Below, one piece after another: positions 6,620 to 15,831 of a stretch of DNA of 27,405 nucleotides. Every line of letters starts with the position of its first letter. Position 1 is the stretch's first letter. The stretch comes from a virus (lineage: Duplodnaviria > Caudoviricetes): positions 1 through 27,405 of the IMG/VR virus record IMGVR_UViG_3300028585_000058. One strand, 5' to 3'. Under the pieces are notes generated by a model that was given only the letters and a program-made list of their open reading frames with translations, was not told where the DNA came from and did not search any database. A program made the translations under genes and the position numbers.

Positions 6620-7305
6620 GCGAGGACAAACACGCCAAGCTTCGCCTCACGGCAAAGCTGCTTCCCCTGATTCTTCCATTCATGGCGAAGGCCGACATCC
6701 GCTACTACCTGAACGGCGTCAACGTGCGCCCGCACAAGGACGGCGGCGCGATCATCGTTGCAACGAATGGCCATGCGCTCGGTGCCATCCATGATCGTCA
6801 CGCGGTGTGCGAGCACGAAGTAATTCTGCGCTTCGACTCGCGCATGCAGCAGGCCTGCGCGGTCGGCCTGGCTGGCGAGCGCGAAGTGGTGATGATCGGC
6901 GGCCGCTTGGCAATAATCGATAAGACCGGGCAGGAAGTGTACATCCAGGCCGGAAAGCCCGACATCGAAGGCACTTTCCCGCGCTATGAGCGAGTGATCC
7001 CGAAGATCGAAACCCTGCAGCCCGGGCTGCTCGGCACGTACAGCGCTTCGGTGTTGGCGCCAGCAGAAAAGGCTGCGCTCGCTGCTGCAAAACAGAGCGG
7101 CCGGACGATCTACTGCGGCATGCAGTTCTTCAACGTGAATGGCGATCCGAACGGAAGCGCCGTGATCCGCTTGCCGGTGGAGCCCGACTTCGTTGGCGTG
7201 CTAATGCCGATGCGTGACGACGTGCTCAAGTCAGCTACGCCAGCCTGGGTGGCCGACCTTCATGTCGCCGATGCCGCTGCCAATCAAGCAAGGAGCGCAG
7301 CATGA
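6616..7305 (+). CDS. DNA polymerase III beta-clamp-like protein (partial, central-domain homolog)
   Basis: DIRYYLNGV, IVATNGHAL, IEGTFPRYERVIP and VLMPMR echo the DnaN motifs (E. coli DVRYYLNG, VATDGHRL, DGRFPDYRRVLP, VVMPMRL). Only 229 aa. Confidence 0.75.
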   Translation: MSEDKHAKLRLTAKLLPLILPFMAKADIRYYLNGVNVRPHKDGGAIIVATNGHALGAIHDRHAVCEHEVILRFDSRMQQACAVGLAGEREVVMIGGRLAIIDKTGQEVYIQAGKPDIEGTFPRYERVIPKIETLQPGLLGTYSASVLAPAEKAALAAAKQSGRTIYCGMQFFNVNGDPNGSAVIRLPVEPDFVGVLMPMRDDVLKSATPAWVADLHVADAAANQARSAA

Positions 7306-7751
7306 CCCGCGCCCGCTACGTCACCCCTGGCCAGACCGCCGAGCGAATCGAGAAGATGCGCCGCCTAGTGGCCGCGCTGCTGGTGCGCTCGCTGCGCCGC
7401 GACGAAATTGGCGACCTGCTGGCGATGGGCCCATCGGGCGTACGCAAGTACGTCAAGGAGCTGGGTGATCGCGTGTCGATCGTGCGCACCCAGGATGGCC
7501 CGGTGTACTTCATCGCCATGACGCCGGCGCAGGCCCAGGCCTACCTGGCGCAGCTGGCGGCAATGCCGGTGTCGCGCCCGACCGGCGTGCCGAAGCGCGC
7601 GCAGGACGTCGCCGCGGGAGACCCGGCGCGCCACATCCACATCATGAGGGACGACGTGCACTACTCGGTGCGGCTGCACTCGGCGCCGGTGGCGCGCGAT
7701 CCGCTGGTGGCTGCGCTGTTCGGCGCCCGCGCACCGGAGGCGCGGGCATGA
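7302..7751 (+). CDS. Hypothetical protein with a possible winged HTH
   Basis: RDEIGDLLAMGPSGVRKYVKEL pattern. Translationally coupled on both sides. Confidence 0.65.
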   Translation: MTRARYVTPGQTAERIEKMRRLVAALLVRSLRRDEIGDLLAMGPSGVRKYVKELGDRVSIVRTQDGPVYFIAMTPAQAQAYLAQLAAMPVSRPTGVPKRAQDVAAGDPARHIHIMRDDVHYSVRLHSAPVARDPLVAALFGARAPEARA

Positions 7752-9910
7752 AGCGCGACCTCATCACCATGCAGCTGGACCTGGGTCACGAGCTGATCAT
7801 TGACAACTTCGCCGGCGGCGGTGGGACCAGCACCGGTCTGGAAGCCGCATTCGGCCGCCCAGTCGACATCGCGATCAACCACGATCCCGAGGCGCTGGCC
7901 ATGCACGCAATCAACCACCCGCGCACCAAGCACCTGTGCGAGAGCGTGTGGGACATCGACCCTATTGAGGTGACCGGCAACCAGCCGGGGGCCCTGGTGT
8001 GGCTCAGCCCCGACTGCAAGCACTTCAGCAAGGCCAAGGGCGGCAAGCCGGTCGAAAAGCGTATTCGCGGCCTGGCCTGGGTGACGCTGCGTTGGGCGGC
8101 GAAATGCAAGCCCCGGGTGATCATGCTCGAAAACGTTGAAGAATTTAAAACGTGGGGCCCGCTGATCCAGGATGAGCACGGCGCCTGGAAACCGGATCCG
8201 GCTAAGCGCGGCAAGACGTTCGAATCGTTCGTCCGTCAGCTGGAGGCGCAGGGCTACAAGGTCGACCACCGCGAGCTGCGCGCCAGCGACTACGACACGC
8301 CGACCATCCGCAAGCGCTTCTTCCTGGTGGCGCGCCGCGACGGACTGCCGATCATCTGGCCGGCGCCGACCAACGGCGCGCCGGACTCGCCTGGCGTCCG
8401 TGCCGGCAAGCTGCAGCCGTACCGCACCGCGGCGGAGTGCATCGACTGGTCGCTGGCGTGCCCCTCGATCTTCACGCGCAAGCGCCCGCTGGCCGATGCC
8501 ACGCTGCGCCGCATCGCGAAGGGCATCATGCGCTACGTGGTCGACGCGGCCGAGCCGTTCATCGTGGGACAGGGCGGCCCGATCTACGCCGGCAAGCCGG
8601 TGTCGGCGCGCCAGCCGTTCGGCACCCTGACCACGGAGAACCATCGCGCTGTGGTCGTGCCGTCCATCGTCCCGGTCACGCACCAGGGCAGCGACCGCAG
8701 CGAGTCCGTGCACGAGCCGTTCCGCACGATCACCGGCGCGCAGCGCGGCGAGAAGGCGTTGGCCACGGCCACGATGGTTCAGGTCGGCTACGGCGAGCGC
8801 GAAGGCCAGGCGCCGCGCGCGCTGGACATCGAGAAGCCGCTCGGCACCGTGGTCGGCTCGACGAAGGCTGCGCTGGTCACCGCGTTCCTCAACGAGCACG
8901 CCAACGCGAGCAATCAGCGCGTGATGCCGGCCGATGCGCCGCTTCGCACGGTCTGCGCCCAGGTGAAGGGCGGGCACTTCGGTCTGGTCTCGGCCGCCCT
9001 GGTGGGTGTCGGCGGCCGTGCCGGTGACAGCCGCCCGCGCGGCGCCAACGAGCCGGCGGCCACGATCACGGCCAAGGCCGACACGGCGATCGCCACCGCC
9101 TTCCTGGCGAAGCACTACACCGGAGTGGTCGGCTCGGACCTCGACGATCCGATCGGCACCGTCACCAGCTCGGACCACCACAGCCTGGTCATGGCCCACC
9201 TAACCAAGTTCCGCACCGGCTCGACCGGCAGCGACTTGGCCGAGCCGGTGCCGACGATAACCGCTGGCCCGAAAGAGAATCCTGCTGGCGCGCCGCACGC
9301 GCTTGGCATCGTCACCGCGCACATCCAGCGCGACATGGGGCAGAGCGTTGGCCACGCCGCCAGCGCCCCGCTCGGCACGGTCACGGCCGGTGGCGGAGGC
9401 AAGTCGGCCTTGGTGTCGAGCAGCCTGGTGAAGCTCCGCGGCACGAGTACGGCAGCCGGCGCCGACGAGCCGCTGCACACGATCAGCGCCGGCGGCCTGC
9501 ATCACGCAGAGGTGCGCGCCTTCCTGCTGGCTTACTACGGCACCGACCAGGATCAGACACCCGGCACGCCGCTCGCGACCGTTACTAGCCGCGACCGCTT
9601 CGGCCTGGTCACGATCCACGGCCAAGACTACGAGATCGTGGACATTGGCTTGCGCATGCTGGCGCCGCACGAGCTATATCGCGCACAGGGCTTCCCAGCC
9701 GACTACGTCATCAACGAAATCCCGGACCCGGAGCTGCTGTTCGTGGGCGGTGAGCAGGTGGACGGAGACCCGCTGTCGCTGCCGCGGATCCCTCTGACCA
9801 AGTCGGCCCAAGTGCGCATGTGTGGCAACAGCGTCTGCCCGCCGCTGTCGGAAGCGCTCATCCGCGCGAACTTTGCTCACGAACGCCAGATCGCTGGGGT
9901 GGCCGCATGA
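7748..9910 (+). CDS. C5 cytosine DNA methyltransferase with a long repeat-containing variable region
   Basis: Motif I FAGGGG, motif IV SPDCKHFS, motif VI ENV, motif VIII RKRFF, motif IX ELYRAQGFP, motif X GNSV. Confidence 0.92.
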   Translation: MKRDLITMQLDLGHELIIDNFAGGGGTSTGLEAAFGRPVDIAINHDPEALAMHAINHPRTKHLCESVWDIDPIEVTGNQPGALVWLSPDCKHFSKAKGGKPVEKRIRGLAWVTLRWAAKCKPRVIMLENVEEFKTWGPLIQDEHGAWKPDPAKRGKTFESFVRQLEAQGYKVDHRELRASDYDTPTIRKRFFLVARRDGLPIIWPAPTNGAPDSPGVRAGKLQPYRTAAECIDWSLACPSIFTRKRPLADATLRRIAKGIMRYVVDAAEPFIVGQGGPIYAGKPVSARQPFGTLTTENHRAVVVPSIVPVTHQGSDRSESVHEPFRTITGAQRGEKALATATMVQVGYGEREGQAPRALDIEKPLGTVVGSTKAALVTAFLNEHANASNQRVMPADAPLRTVCAQVKGGHFGLVSAALVGVGGRAGDSRPRGANEPAATITAKADTAIATAFLAKHYTGVVGSDLDDPIGTVTSSDHHSLVMAHLTKFRTGSTGSDLAEPVPTITAGPKENPAGAPHALGIVTAHIQRDMGQSVGHAASAPLGTVTAGGGGKSALVSSSLVKLRGTSTAAGADEPLHTISAGGLHHAEVRAFLLAYYGTDQDQTPGTPLATVTSRDRFGLVTIHGQDYEIVDIGLRMLAPHELYRAQGFPADYVINEIPDPELLFVGGEQVDGDPLSLPRIPLTKSAQVRMCGNSVCPPLSEALIRANFAHERQIAGVAA

Positions 9911-10008
9911 CCTGCATCCGCCACTCATCGCTGGACTGCGCCGTCTGCGGTTGCCCGGAGCAGTCAGTGTCGACCGCATCGCAAAAATCACTTTTCGGAG
10001 GGCCGACC

Positions 10009-10434
10009 ATGGCCAGTACCAACACCACCGGCCGCGCCAAGCGGGGCACTGCCTCGTACGTCGCCGGCGAACACCTGCACAAGCATGGCCCGATGAACCA
10101 GCACGAGCTGTTCGCCAAGGTCGACATGGGCCACAAGACCGGTCATCAGCAAGACACGCTGCAGCGCGCAATCCGTAGCGGCTGGCTCATCGAGCAGATT
10201 GACGGCAAAGTCAACATCAGCGCGTACGCGCGCGCGCACTACGACCAGCTGGAGGGTGAGAGGGTTCGCCCTGTCGGCCAGATCGCCGCCATGCGTGAAG
10301 CAGACGACGTATTCAAGCGCCCGACGCTGAGCAAGAAGTACATGCCGAACTCGCGCGGCATCCGCCAGGACATCCCGGCGTGGTCAGTGCGTGAGAAAGC
10401 GTCATTCAAGAGCCTGGGCGGAGGTCAGTCGTGA
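10009..10434 (+). CDS. Hypothetical protein (alternative in-frame start at 9907)
   Basis: GGAGG RBS before ATG 10009. GTGA overlap with the next gene. Confidence 0.65.
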   Translation: MASTNTTGRAKRGTASYVAGEHLHKHGPMNQHELFAKVDMGHKTGHQQDTLQRAIRSGWLIEQIDGKVNISAYARAHYDQLEGERVRPVGQIAAMREADDVFKRPTLSKKYMPNSRGIRQDIPAWSVREKASFKSLGGGQS

Positions 10435-11138
10435 GCAGCCAGGTGAAAGAGCGCCCGATTCTGTTCAGCGGCGCCATGGTGCGCGCGCTGCTCGACGGCA
10501 GCAAGACGCAGACGCGGCGCGCCTTGAAGGTGCGGTGTCAGGAGATCGGCGAGCGCGCCGATGGTAGTCGCTGGCCCTGGTCCGAGCACCCGGACACCGC
10601 CGCCGACCACTGGCATGCCTGCCCCTACGGCCAGCCCGGCGACCGGCTCTGGGTGCGCGAGACGTTCCAAGGGCCGCTGTTCGACGGAGACCGCGAGTCC
10701 GAGTACCGGGCCGATCCGGAAGTGTTCAACAGCCCGGAATTTTGCCAGTACGCAGCCGACGGCGGCGCTGCGCCCGAGTTCATGACCATGGACGATGAGT
10801 GGGTCTGCCGCTGGCGCCCCAGCATCCACATGCCGCGCTGGGCCAGCCGCATCCTGCTCGAGGTGGTGTCGGTGCGCGTCGAGCGGCTGCAGGACATCAG
10901 CGAGGTCGACGCGATCGCCGAGGGTATGGCACACGTCCGCAGCCAAGCGTGGGACCGCGAGCACTTCCCGGCGTGGAGGTGCCTGTTCGAGGAAGCCGTG
11001 ACGGCCGGCACCAAGCCGCCGATTGGGCCGTCGCCAGCGCAGGCATACGAAAAGCTGTGGGATTCGATCAACGGCGCCGGAAGCTGGGACGCCAACCCCT
11101 GGGTGTGGGTGGTCGAGTTCAAGCGGGTGGCGTCATGA
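10431..11138 (+). CDS. Conserved phage protein, ASCH/PUA-like
   Basis: ERPILFSGAMVRALLDGSKTQTRR, CPYGQPGDRLWVRET, WRPSIHMPRWASRI and WDANPWVWVVEF family motifs. Confidence 0.85.
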   Translation: MSSQVKERPILFSGAMVRALLDGSKTQTRRALKVRCQEIGERADGSRWPWSEHPDTAADHWHACPYGQPGDRLWVRETFQGPLFDGDRESEYRADPEVFNSPEFCQYAADGGAAPEFMTMDDEWVCRWRPSIHMPRWASRILLEVVSVRVERLQDISEVDAIAEGMAHVRSQAWDREHFPAWRCLFEEAVTAGTKPPIGPSPAQAYEKLWDSINGAGSWDANPWVWVVEFKRVAS

Positions 11139-11146
11139 CGTTGCTT

Positions 11147-11392
11147 TCAGTCAGTTCGCCGATCAATCCAAGAAACTGCGCGCTCCCATGCATCGTGCTC
11201 GGCCTGTGCTGCCGTTTCGCACACCATCCCGCCTTCACGGCCCTCTTGGTGCACTTGAGGGAGGTGCTGTGTCTCACTGCCCGGCTGCATTTTATGCACA
11301 GTAAAAGACGACTGGTGCATGTTAGCCGAGGCGGGCCAAACCTTGGTGACGATGACGTATTGCCCGTAGTGGCGAGGTTTTGCATCAAGCAT
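11147..11392 (-). CDS. Counter-oriented small hypothetical protein (81 aa, moron-like)
   Basis: GGAGAAG RBS then ATG 11392. Fills the gap between two plus-strand genes. Lower GC. Confidence 0.6.
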   Translation of the reverse strand: MLDAKPRHYGQYVIVTKVWPASANMHQSSFTVHKMQPGSETQHLPQVHQEGREGGMVCETAAQAEHDAWERAVSWIDRRTD

Positions 11393-11427
11393 GTTGTCTT
11401 CTCCGAATTTGGGATTGGAATCGTAGC

Positions 11428-11973
11428 ATGATGCGCCGCTCACCCCTCAAGCAGGGTAAGTCCCTGCAGCGCAAGGCGCCGATGGCGCGCGGCACCGGCT
11501 TCAAGGCGGCGGCCGCCGGCGCCGGCATGCTGCGCGTCGCCGCGGTGCAGGCACAGGCCCGGGCGCGCGAGCCGAAGCCCAAGAAGCCACCGAAGCTGGC
11601 GAAGCCGAGCCGCCCGAAGATGACGCCGATCCGCGCATCCGCGCGCGATCAGGACTGCACACTGCGCTTCCCGGGCATCTGCAACCGCAACCCCGAGACC
11701 ACCGTTTGGTGCCACTCGAACCGCCTGGCGGACGGGAAGGGCATGAGCCTGAAAGCGCCGGACGAGCAGGGCTGCTACGGCTGCTCGGACTGCCATGCAT
11801 GGCTGGACGGCGGGTACGCCGCTGGCGGCGGCAGCCGGGCGGCGGTCGACGCGCGCTTCGACGCGGCCAGGGTGGAAAGCCAACAGATCTTGCGGGCCAT
11901 GGGCCTGCTCTCGAATAGCGAGGCCGCGACGGTTGCCGCCGGCACGGCCTCTGAACAAATCACTACGGAGTAA
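11428..11973 (+). CDS. DUF1364/YbcO-like zinc-binding putative nuclease
   Basis: SARDQDCTLRFPGICNRNPETTVWCH...GMSLKAPD...GCSDCHAWLD. Confidence 0.82.
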   Translation: MMRRSPLKQGKSLQRKAPMARGTGFKAAAAGAGMLRVAAVQAQARAREPKPKKPPKLAKPSRPKMTPIRASARDQDCTLRFPGICNRNPETTVWCHSNRLADGKGMSLKAPDEQGCYGCSDCHAWLDGGYAAGGGSRAAVDARFDAARVESQQILRAMGLLSNSEAATVAAGTASEQITTE

Positions 11974-11975
11974 TT

Positions 11976-14591
11976 ATGTCTGCCAAGATTTTAAGCGAAT
12001 ACAACGAGTTCCTCCGGAAGAAGATCAAGCTCGCGCCGCGCAAGGGTTTCGACGTGGCGCTCGAGCAGATCAACCCGGCGCTCAAGCCGCACACCCGCGA
12101 CATCGTCCGGTGGGCGCTGCAGGGTGGCCAGCGCGCCATCTTCGCCTCATTCGGCCTGCACAAGACCAGCACCAACCTCGAGGTGATGCGCCAGATCGGC
12201 ATCCACCGGCCGTGCCTGCGTCTGATTGTGCTGCCGCTCGGCGTGCGCCAGGAGTTCACCCGCGAGGTGGCGAAGCGGTTCACCGGCGACTGCGCGGTCG
12301 ACCTGAAGTTCATCCGCTCCGATGACGAAATCGGCGGCACCGAAACCGTCTACATGACGAACTACGAGAGTGTGCGCGATGGCAAGGTCGACGTGCGCCG
12401 CTTCGGCGCCGCATCGCTGGACGAGGCGAGCATCCTGCGCAGCTTCGGGAGCAAGACCTACCAGGAGTTCCTGCCACTGTTCGACCAGGTCGAGTTCAAG
12501 TTCGTGTTCACGGCCACGCCGAGCCCGAACCGATTCAAAGAGCTGATCCACTATGCCGGCTTCTTGGGCGTCATGGACACCGGCCAGGCCCTGACGCGCT
12601 TCTTCCAGCGCGACAGCGAGAAGGCGGGCAACCTGACTCTGTACCCGCACAAGGAAACCGAGTTCTGGCTGTGGGTGGCCAGCTGGGCGTGCTTCATCCG
12701 GCGCCCGAGCGACCTGGGCCATTCGGACGAGGGCTACGACTTGCCGCCGCTCGAGGTGCACTACCACGAGGTGCCGAGCGACTACGAGGCCGCTGGCAAC
12801 GAGAAGAATGGGCAGGGCCTGCTGATCCCGAACGTGGCTATGGGCCTGTCGGCGGCCGCCGGCGAGAAGCGGCAGAGCCTGGCCGCGCGCGTCGCCAAGG
12901 TGGCAGAGATCGTCGGCGCCGCGCCGGACGACCACTTCGTGATCTGGCACGACCTCGAGGACGAGCGCCACGCTATCCAGGCGGCGCTGCCGGAAGCGGT
13001 CAGCGTGTGGGGCACGCAGCAGCTGGACGAGCGTGAGCAGCGCATCGCGGACTTCAGCGACGGCAAGTTCAAACTGCTGTCGACGAAGCCGATCATCGCC
13101 GGCAGCGGCTGCAACTTCCAGGTGCACTGCCACCGCGAGATCTTCGCCGGCATCGGCTTCAAGTTCAACGACTTCATCCAGGCCATCCACCGCGTGCAGC
13201 GCTTCCAGCAGACGCACCCGGTGCGCATCGACATCATCCACACCGAGGTCGAGCGCGCCGTGCTGGCCGAACTGCAGGAGAAATGGCGCCGGCACGACGA
13301 GATGCAGGAGAAGATGGGCGAGATCATCCGCACCTACGGCCTGGACCAGCTGTCGATGCAGGACAGCCTGGCGCGCACCATCGGCGTCGAACGGCACTTG
13401 GTCAAGAGCGAGCGCTTCACCGTAGCGAACAACGACTGCGTGCTGGAAGCGCTCGAGCAGCCGGACAACTCGGTCGGCCTGATCGTGACCAGCATCCCAT
13501 TCGCGAACCACTACGAGTACACGCCCAGCTACAACGACTTCGGCCACACCCAGGACAACGCTCACTTCTGGGAGCAGATGGACTTCCTGACGCCGCAGCT
13601 GCACCGGATCCTGCAGCCTGGCCGCATCTACGCCTGCCACGTGAAGGACCGGATCAACTTCGGCAACGTGACCGGCGCTGGCATCCCGACCGTCAGCCCG
13701 TTCCATGCAGAGGCGTTGTTCCACGGCATGAAGCACGGCTTCGACTACATGGGCATGATCACGGTCGTCACCGACGTGGTGCGCGAGAACAACCAGACCT
13801 ACCGCCTGGGCTATTCCGAGGTGTGCAAGGACGGCACGAAGATGGGCGTCGGGTCGCCCGAATACATCCTGCTGTTCCACAAGCCGCAAACGGACCGCAG
13901 CCGCGGCTATGCCGACGTGCCGGTCACCAAGGCGAAGCCGCTTTGCCAGAACGACGACGGCGCGCCGGTCGACTTCGATCGCCGCCTGGCGCCGCTCCCG
14001 GGCACTGGCTACAGCGTGGCACGCTGGCAGGTTGACGCGCACGCATTCTGGCGCTCGAGCGGCGACCGCCTGCTGAGCGCCGAGGAGCTGGCCAGCTACG
14101 GGCCCGGCAAGCTGGCCAAGATGTTCACCGAGCTGTCGCTGGCCAACGTCTACGACTACGAGTTCCACGTTCGGGTAGGCGAGGCCATGCTGGCGAACAA
14201 GACGCTGCCGGCCACCTTCATGAGCCTGGCGCCCGGCAGCGCCGATCCGATGGTGTGGCACGACATCGCGCGCATGCGCACCCTGAACGGCGAGCAGTCG
14301 GCGCGCGCGGTCGAGAACCATGTGTGCCCGTTCCAGATCGACATCGTGGACCGCCTGATCAGCCGCTACAGCAACCCGGGCGACGTCGTCTTCGACCCAT
14401 TCTGCGGCCTGGGCACGGTGCCGGTGCGCGCCATGAAGCTGGGCCGGCGCGGCGCCGGGTCGGAGTTGAACCCCGCGTACTTCGCCGACCAGGTGCACTA
14501 CTGCCGTGCGATGGAGCGCGAGGTCAGCATGCCGTCGCTGTTCGACATGGAGGCGATGGACGCCGCCCAGCCAGAGCGGGAGGCAGCGTGA
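11976..14591 (+). CDS. SF2/SNF2-like helicase domain fused to an N4/N6 amino-methyltransferase
   Basis: N-terminal ASFGLHKT (Walker A-like), DEAS, TATPSPN and QAIHRVQRFQQ. C-terminal VTSIPF (motif IV-like), HVCPFQ and FDPFCGLGT (motif I), i.e. beta-class order. Confidence 0.88.
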   Translation: MSAKILSEYNEFLRKKIKLAPRKGFDVALEQINPALKPHTRDIVRWALQGGQRAIFASFGLHKTSTNLEVMRQIGIHRPCLRLIVLPLGVRQEFTREVAKRFTGDCAVDLKFIRSDDEIGGTETVYMTNYESVRDGKVDVRRFGAASLDEASILRSFGSKTYQEFLPLFDQVEFKFVFTATPSPNRFKELIHYAGFLGVMDTGQALTRFFQRDSEKAGNLTLYPHKETEFWLWVASWACFIRRPSDLGHSDEGYDLPPLEVHYHEVPSDYEAAGNEKNGQGLLIPNVAMGLSAAAGEKRQSLAARVAKVAEIVGAAPDDHFVIWHDLEDERHAIQAALPEAVSVWGTQQLDEREQRIADFSDGKFKLLSTKPIIAGSGCNFQVHCHREIFAGIGFKFNDFIQAIHRVQRFQQTHPVRIDIIHTEVERAVLAELQEKWRRHDEMQEKMGEIIRTYGLDQLSMQDSLARTIGVERHLVKSERFTVANNDCVLEALEQPDNSVGLIVTSIPFANHYEYTPSYNDFGHTQDNAHFWEQMDFLTPQLHRILQPGRIYACHVKDRINFGNVTGAGIPTVSPFHAEALFHGMKHGFDYMGMITVVTDVVRENNQTYRLGYSEVCKDGTKMGVGSPEYILLFHKPQTDRSRGYADVPVTKAKPLCQNDDGAPVDFDRRLAPLPGTGYSVARWQVDAHAFWRSSGDRLLSAEELASYGPGKLAKMFTELSLANVYDYEFHVRVGEAMLANKTLPATFMSLAPGSADPMVWHDIARMRTLNGEQSARAVENHVCPFQIDIVDRLISRYSNPGDVVFDPFCGLGTVPVRAMKLGRRGAGSELNPAYFADQVHYCRAMEREVSMPSLFDMEAMDAAQPEREAA

Positions 14592-15073
14592 AGAAGCCGC
14601 GCAACAAGAAGTACCGCCCGCGCCTGGTGGCGCAGGCAGGCGGCCTGGCCGCCATTGCCAAGTGCGTCGCGCGCGGCCAGGATGCCGCGCCGCTGGCCGG
14701 TGACCAGCTCTCCGACCTGGGCCTGGCGTACTGGCTCAGCTTGGAGCAGCTTCGCACCGGCGCGGCCACCGAGGAAGCCTGGTCGTGCGTGGTCACGGCA
14801 CTGAACATCGCGATGGCCATGACCGAGGCCGACATCGGCGCCGAGCACGAGCAGACCGTCGTCCGCGCGCTGGCCGGCGCGTTCCGGGCCAAGACCCGGA
14901 GCGCCAGCAGCGGCAACTTCCGCCTCGACGGCGACGCGCTGCGCGACATCGAGGCCGCCCTGACGATCCACGACGCCCAGATGCAGGTGGCGACGCGCGC
15001 CGAAACGGTGGCTGCGCTGCAGCTGGTGCGCCGGCGGATCGATGAAGGGCACGTCTACAGGGATGCCGCCTGA
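14588..15073 (+). CDS. Hypothetical phage protein
   Basis: GTG 14588 overlaps the upstream TGA. MKKPRNKKYRPR..., with phage-like codon usage. Confidence 0.7.
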   Translation: MKKPRNKKYRPRLVAQAGGLAAIAKCVARGQDAAPLAGDQLSDLGLAYWLSLEQLRTGAATEEAWSCVVTALNIAMAMTEADIGAEHEQTVVRALAGAFRAKTRSASSGNFRLDGDALRDIEAALTIHDAQMQVATRAETVAALQLVRRRIDEGHVYRDAA

Positions 15074-15102
15074 GGCGGCGCCAAGGATAGAAAGGAAACA
15101 CC

Positions 15103-15831
15103 ATGGGAAGCATGCTCACACTGCATACTACCGGCGGCGCCGACGTCACGATGTCGAGCCGCGAGATCGCCGACCTGGTCGAGAAGCGGCACGACAACGT
15201 GCTGCGCACGATCGAGGGCCTGGCCGCGCGCGGCGCGATCACACCCCCTCAATCTGAGGAAGTCCCGAACGACGGCCCTGGCCCGAAGACCATCCGGCAA
15301 TACCGCGTCGGCAAGCGCGACTCGTATGTGATCGTGGCGCAGCTGTCGCCTGAGTTCACCGCGCGCCTGGTCGACCGCTGGCAGGAGTTGGAGTTGGCCG
15401 CGCCGGCGCCGGCTCTGCCGCGCACGTTCGCGGAAGCGCTGCGTCTGGCGGCCGACCAGCAGGACCTGATCGCGGCGCAGGCCGAGCAGCTCGCCGCCGC
15501 CGCGCCGGCGGTGGAGTTCGTCGAGCGCTACGCCGACTCGACTGGCACGAAGGGTTTCCGCCAGGTGGCCAAGCTGCTGGCCGCGAAAGAGAACCTGTTC
15601 CGCGAGTTCCTGATCGACCAGAAGATCCTGTACCGGCTTGGCAGCGAGTTGACGCCGCACGCCCAGCACATCGACGCAGGCCGCTTCTGCGTGAAGGCCG
15701 GCACGGCGGAGAGCGGTCATGCGTTCAACTCGGCGCGCTTCACCCCAAAGGGAGTGACCTGGATCGCGGGGGAGTGGGCAAAGCACCAGGTGGCGCAGCG
15801 CCAGCGCCAGGGGGAGGTGGCCCATGCGTGA
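15103..15831 (+). CDS. Rha-family/antirepressor protein with a KilAC (ANT) C-terminal domain
   Basis: TMSSREIADLVEKRHDNVLRTI, LVDRWQELE, PRTFAEALRLAAD and RFTPKGVTWIA. Confidence 0.88.
   Translation: MGSMLTLHTTGGADVTMSSREIADLVEKRHDNVLRTIEGLAARGAITPPQSEEVPNDGPGPKTIRQYRVGKRDSYVIVAQLSPEFTARLVDRWQELELAAPAPALPRTFAEALRLAADQQDLIAAQAEQLAAAAPAVEFVERYADSTGTKGFRQVAKLLAAKENLFREFLIDQKILYRLGSELTPHAQHIDAGRFCVKAGTAESGHAFNSARFTPKGVTWIAGEWAKHQVAQRQRQGEVAHA

Noticed and set aside
7661-9199. 512-aa minus-strand ORF
   Set aside because: Antisense shadow of the GC-rich methyltransferase gene.
12147-14498. 783-aa minus-strand ORF
   Set aside because: Antisense shadow of the helicase-methyltransferase gene, expected from high GC3 codon bias.
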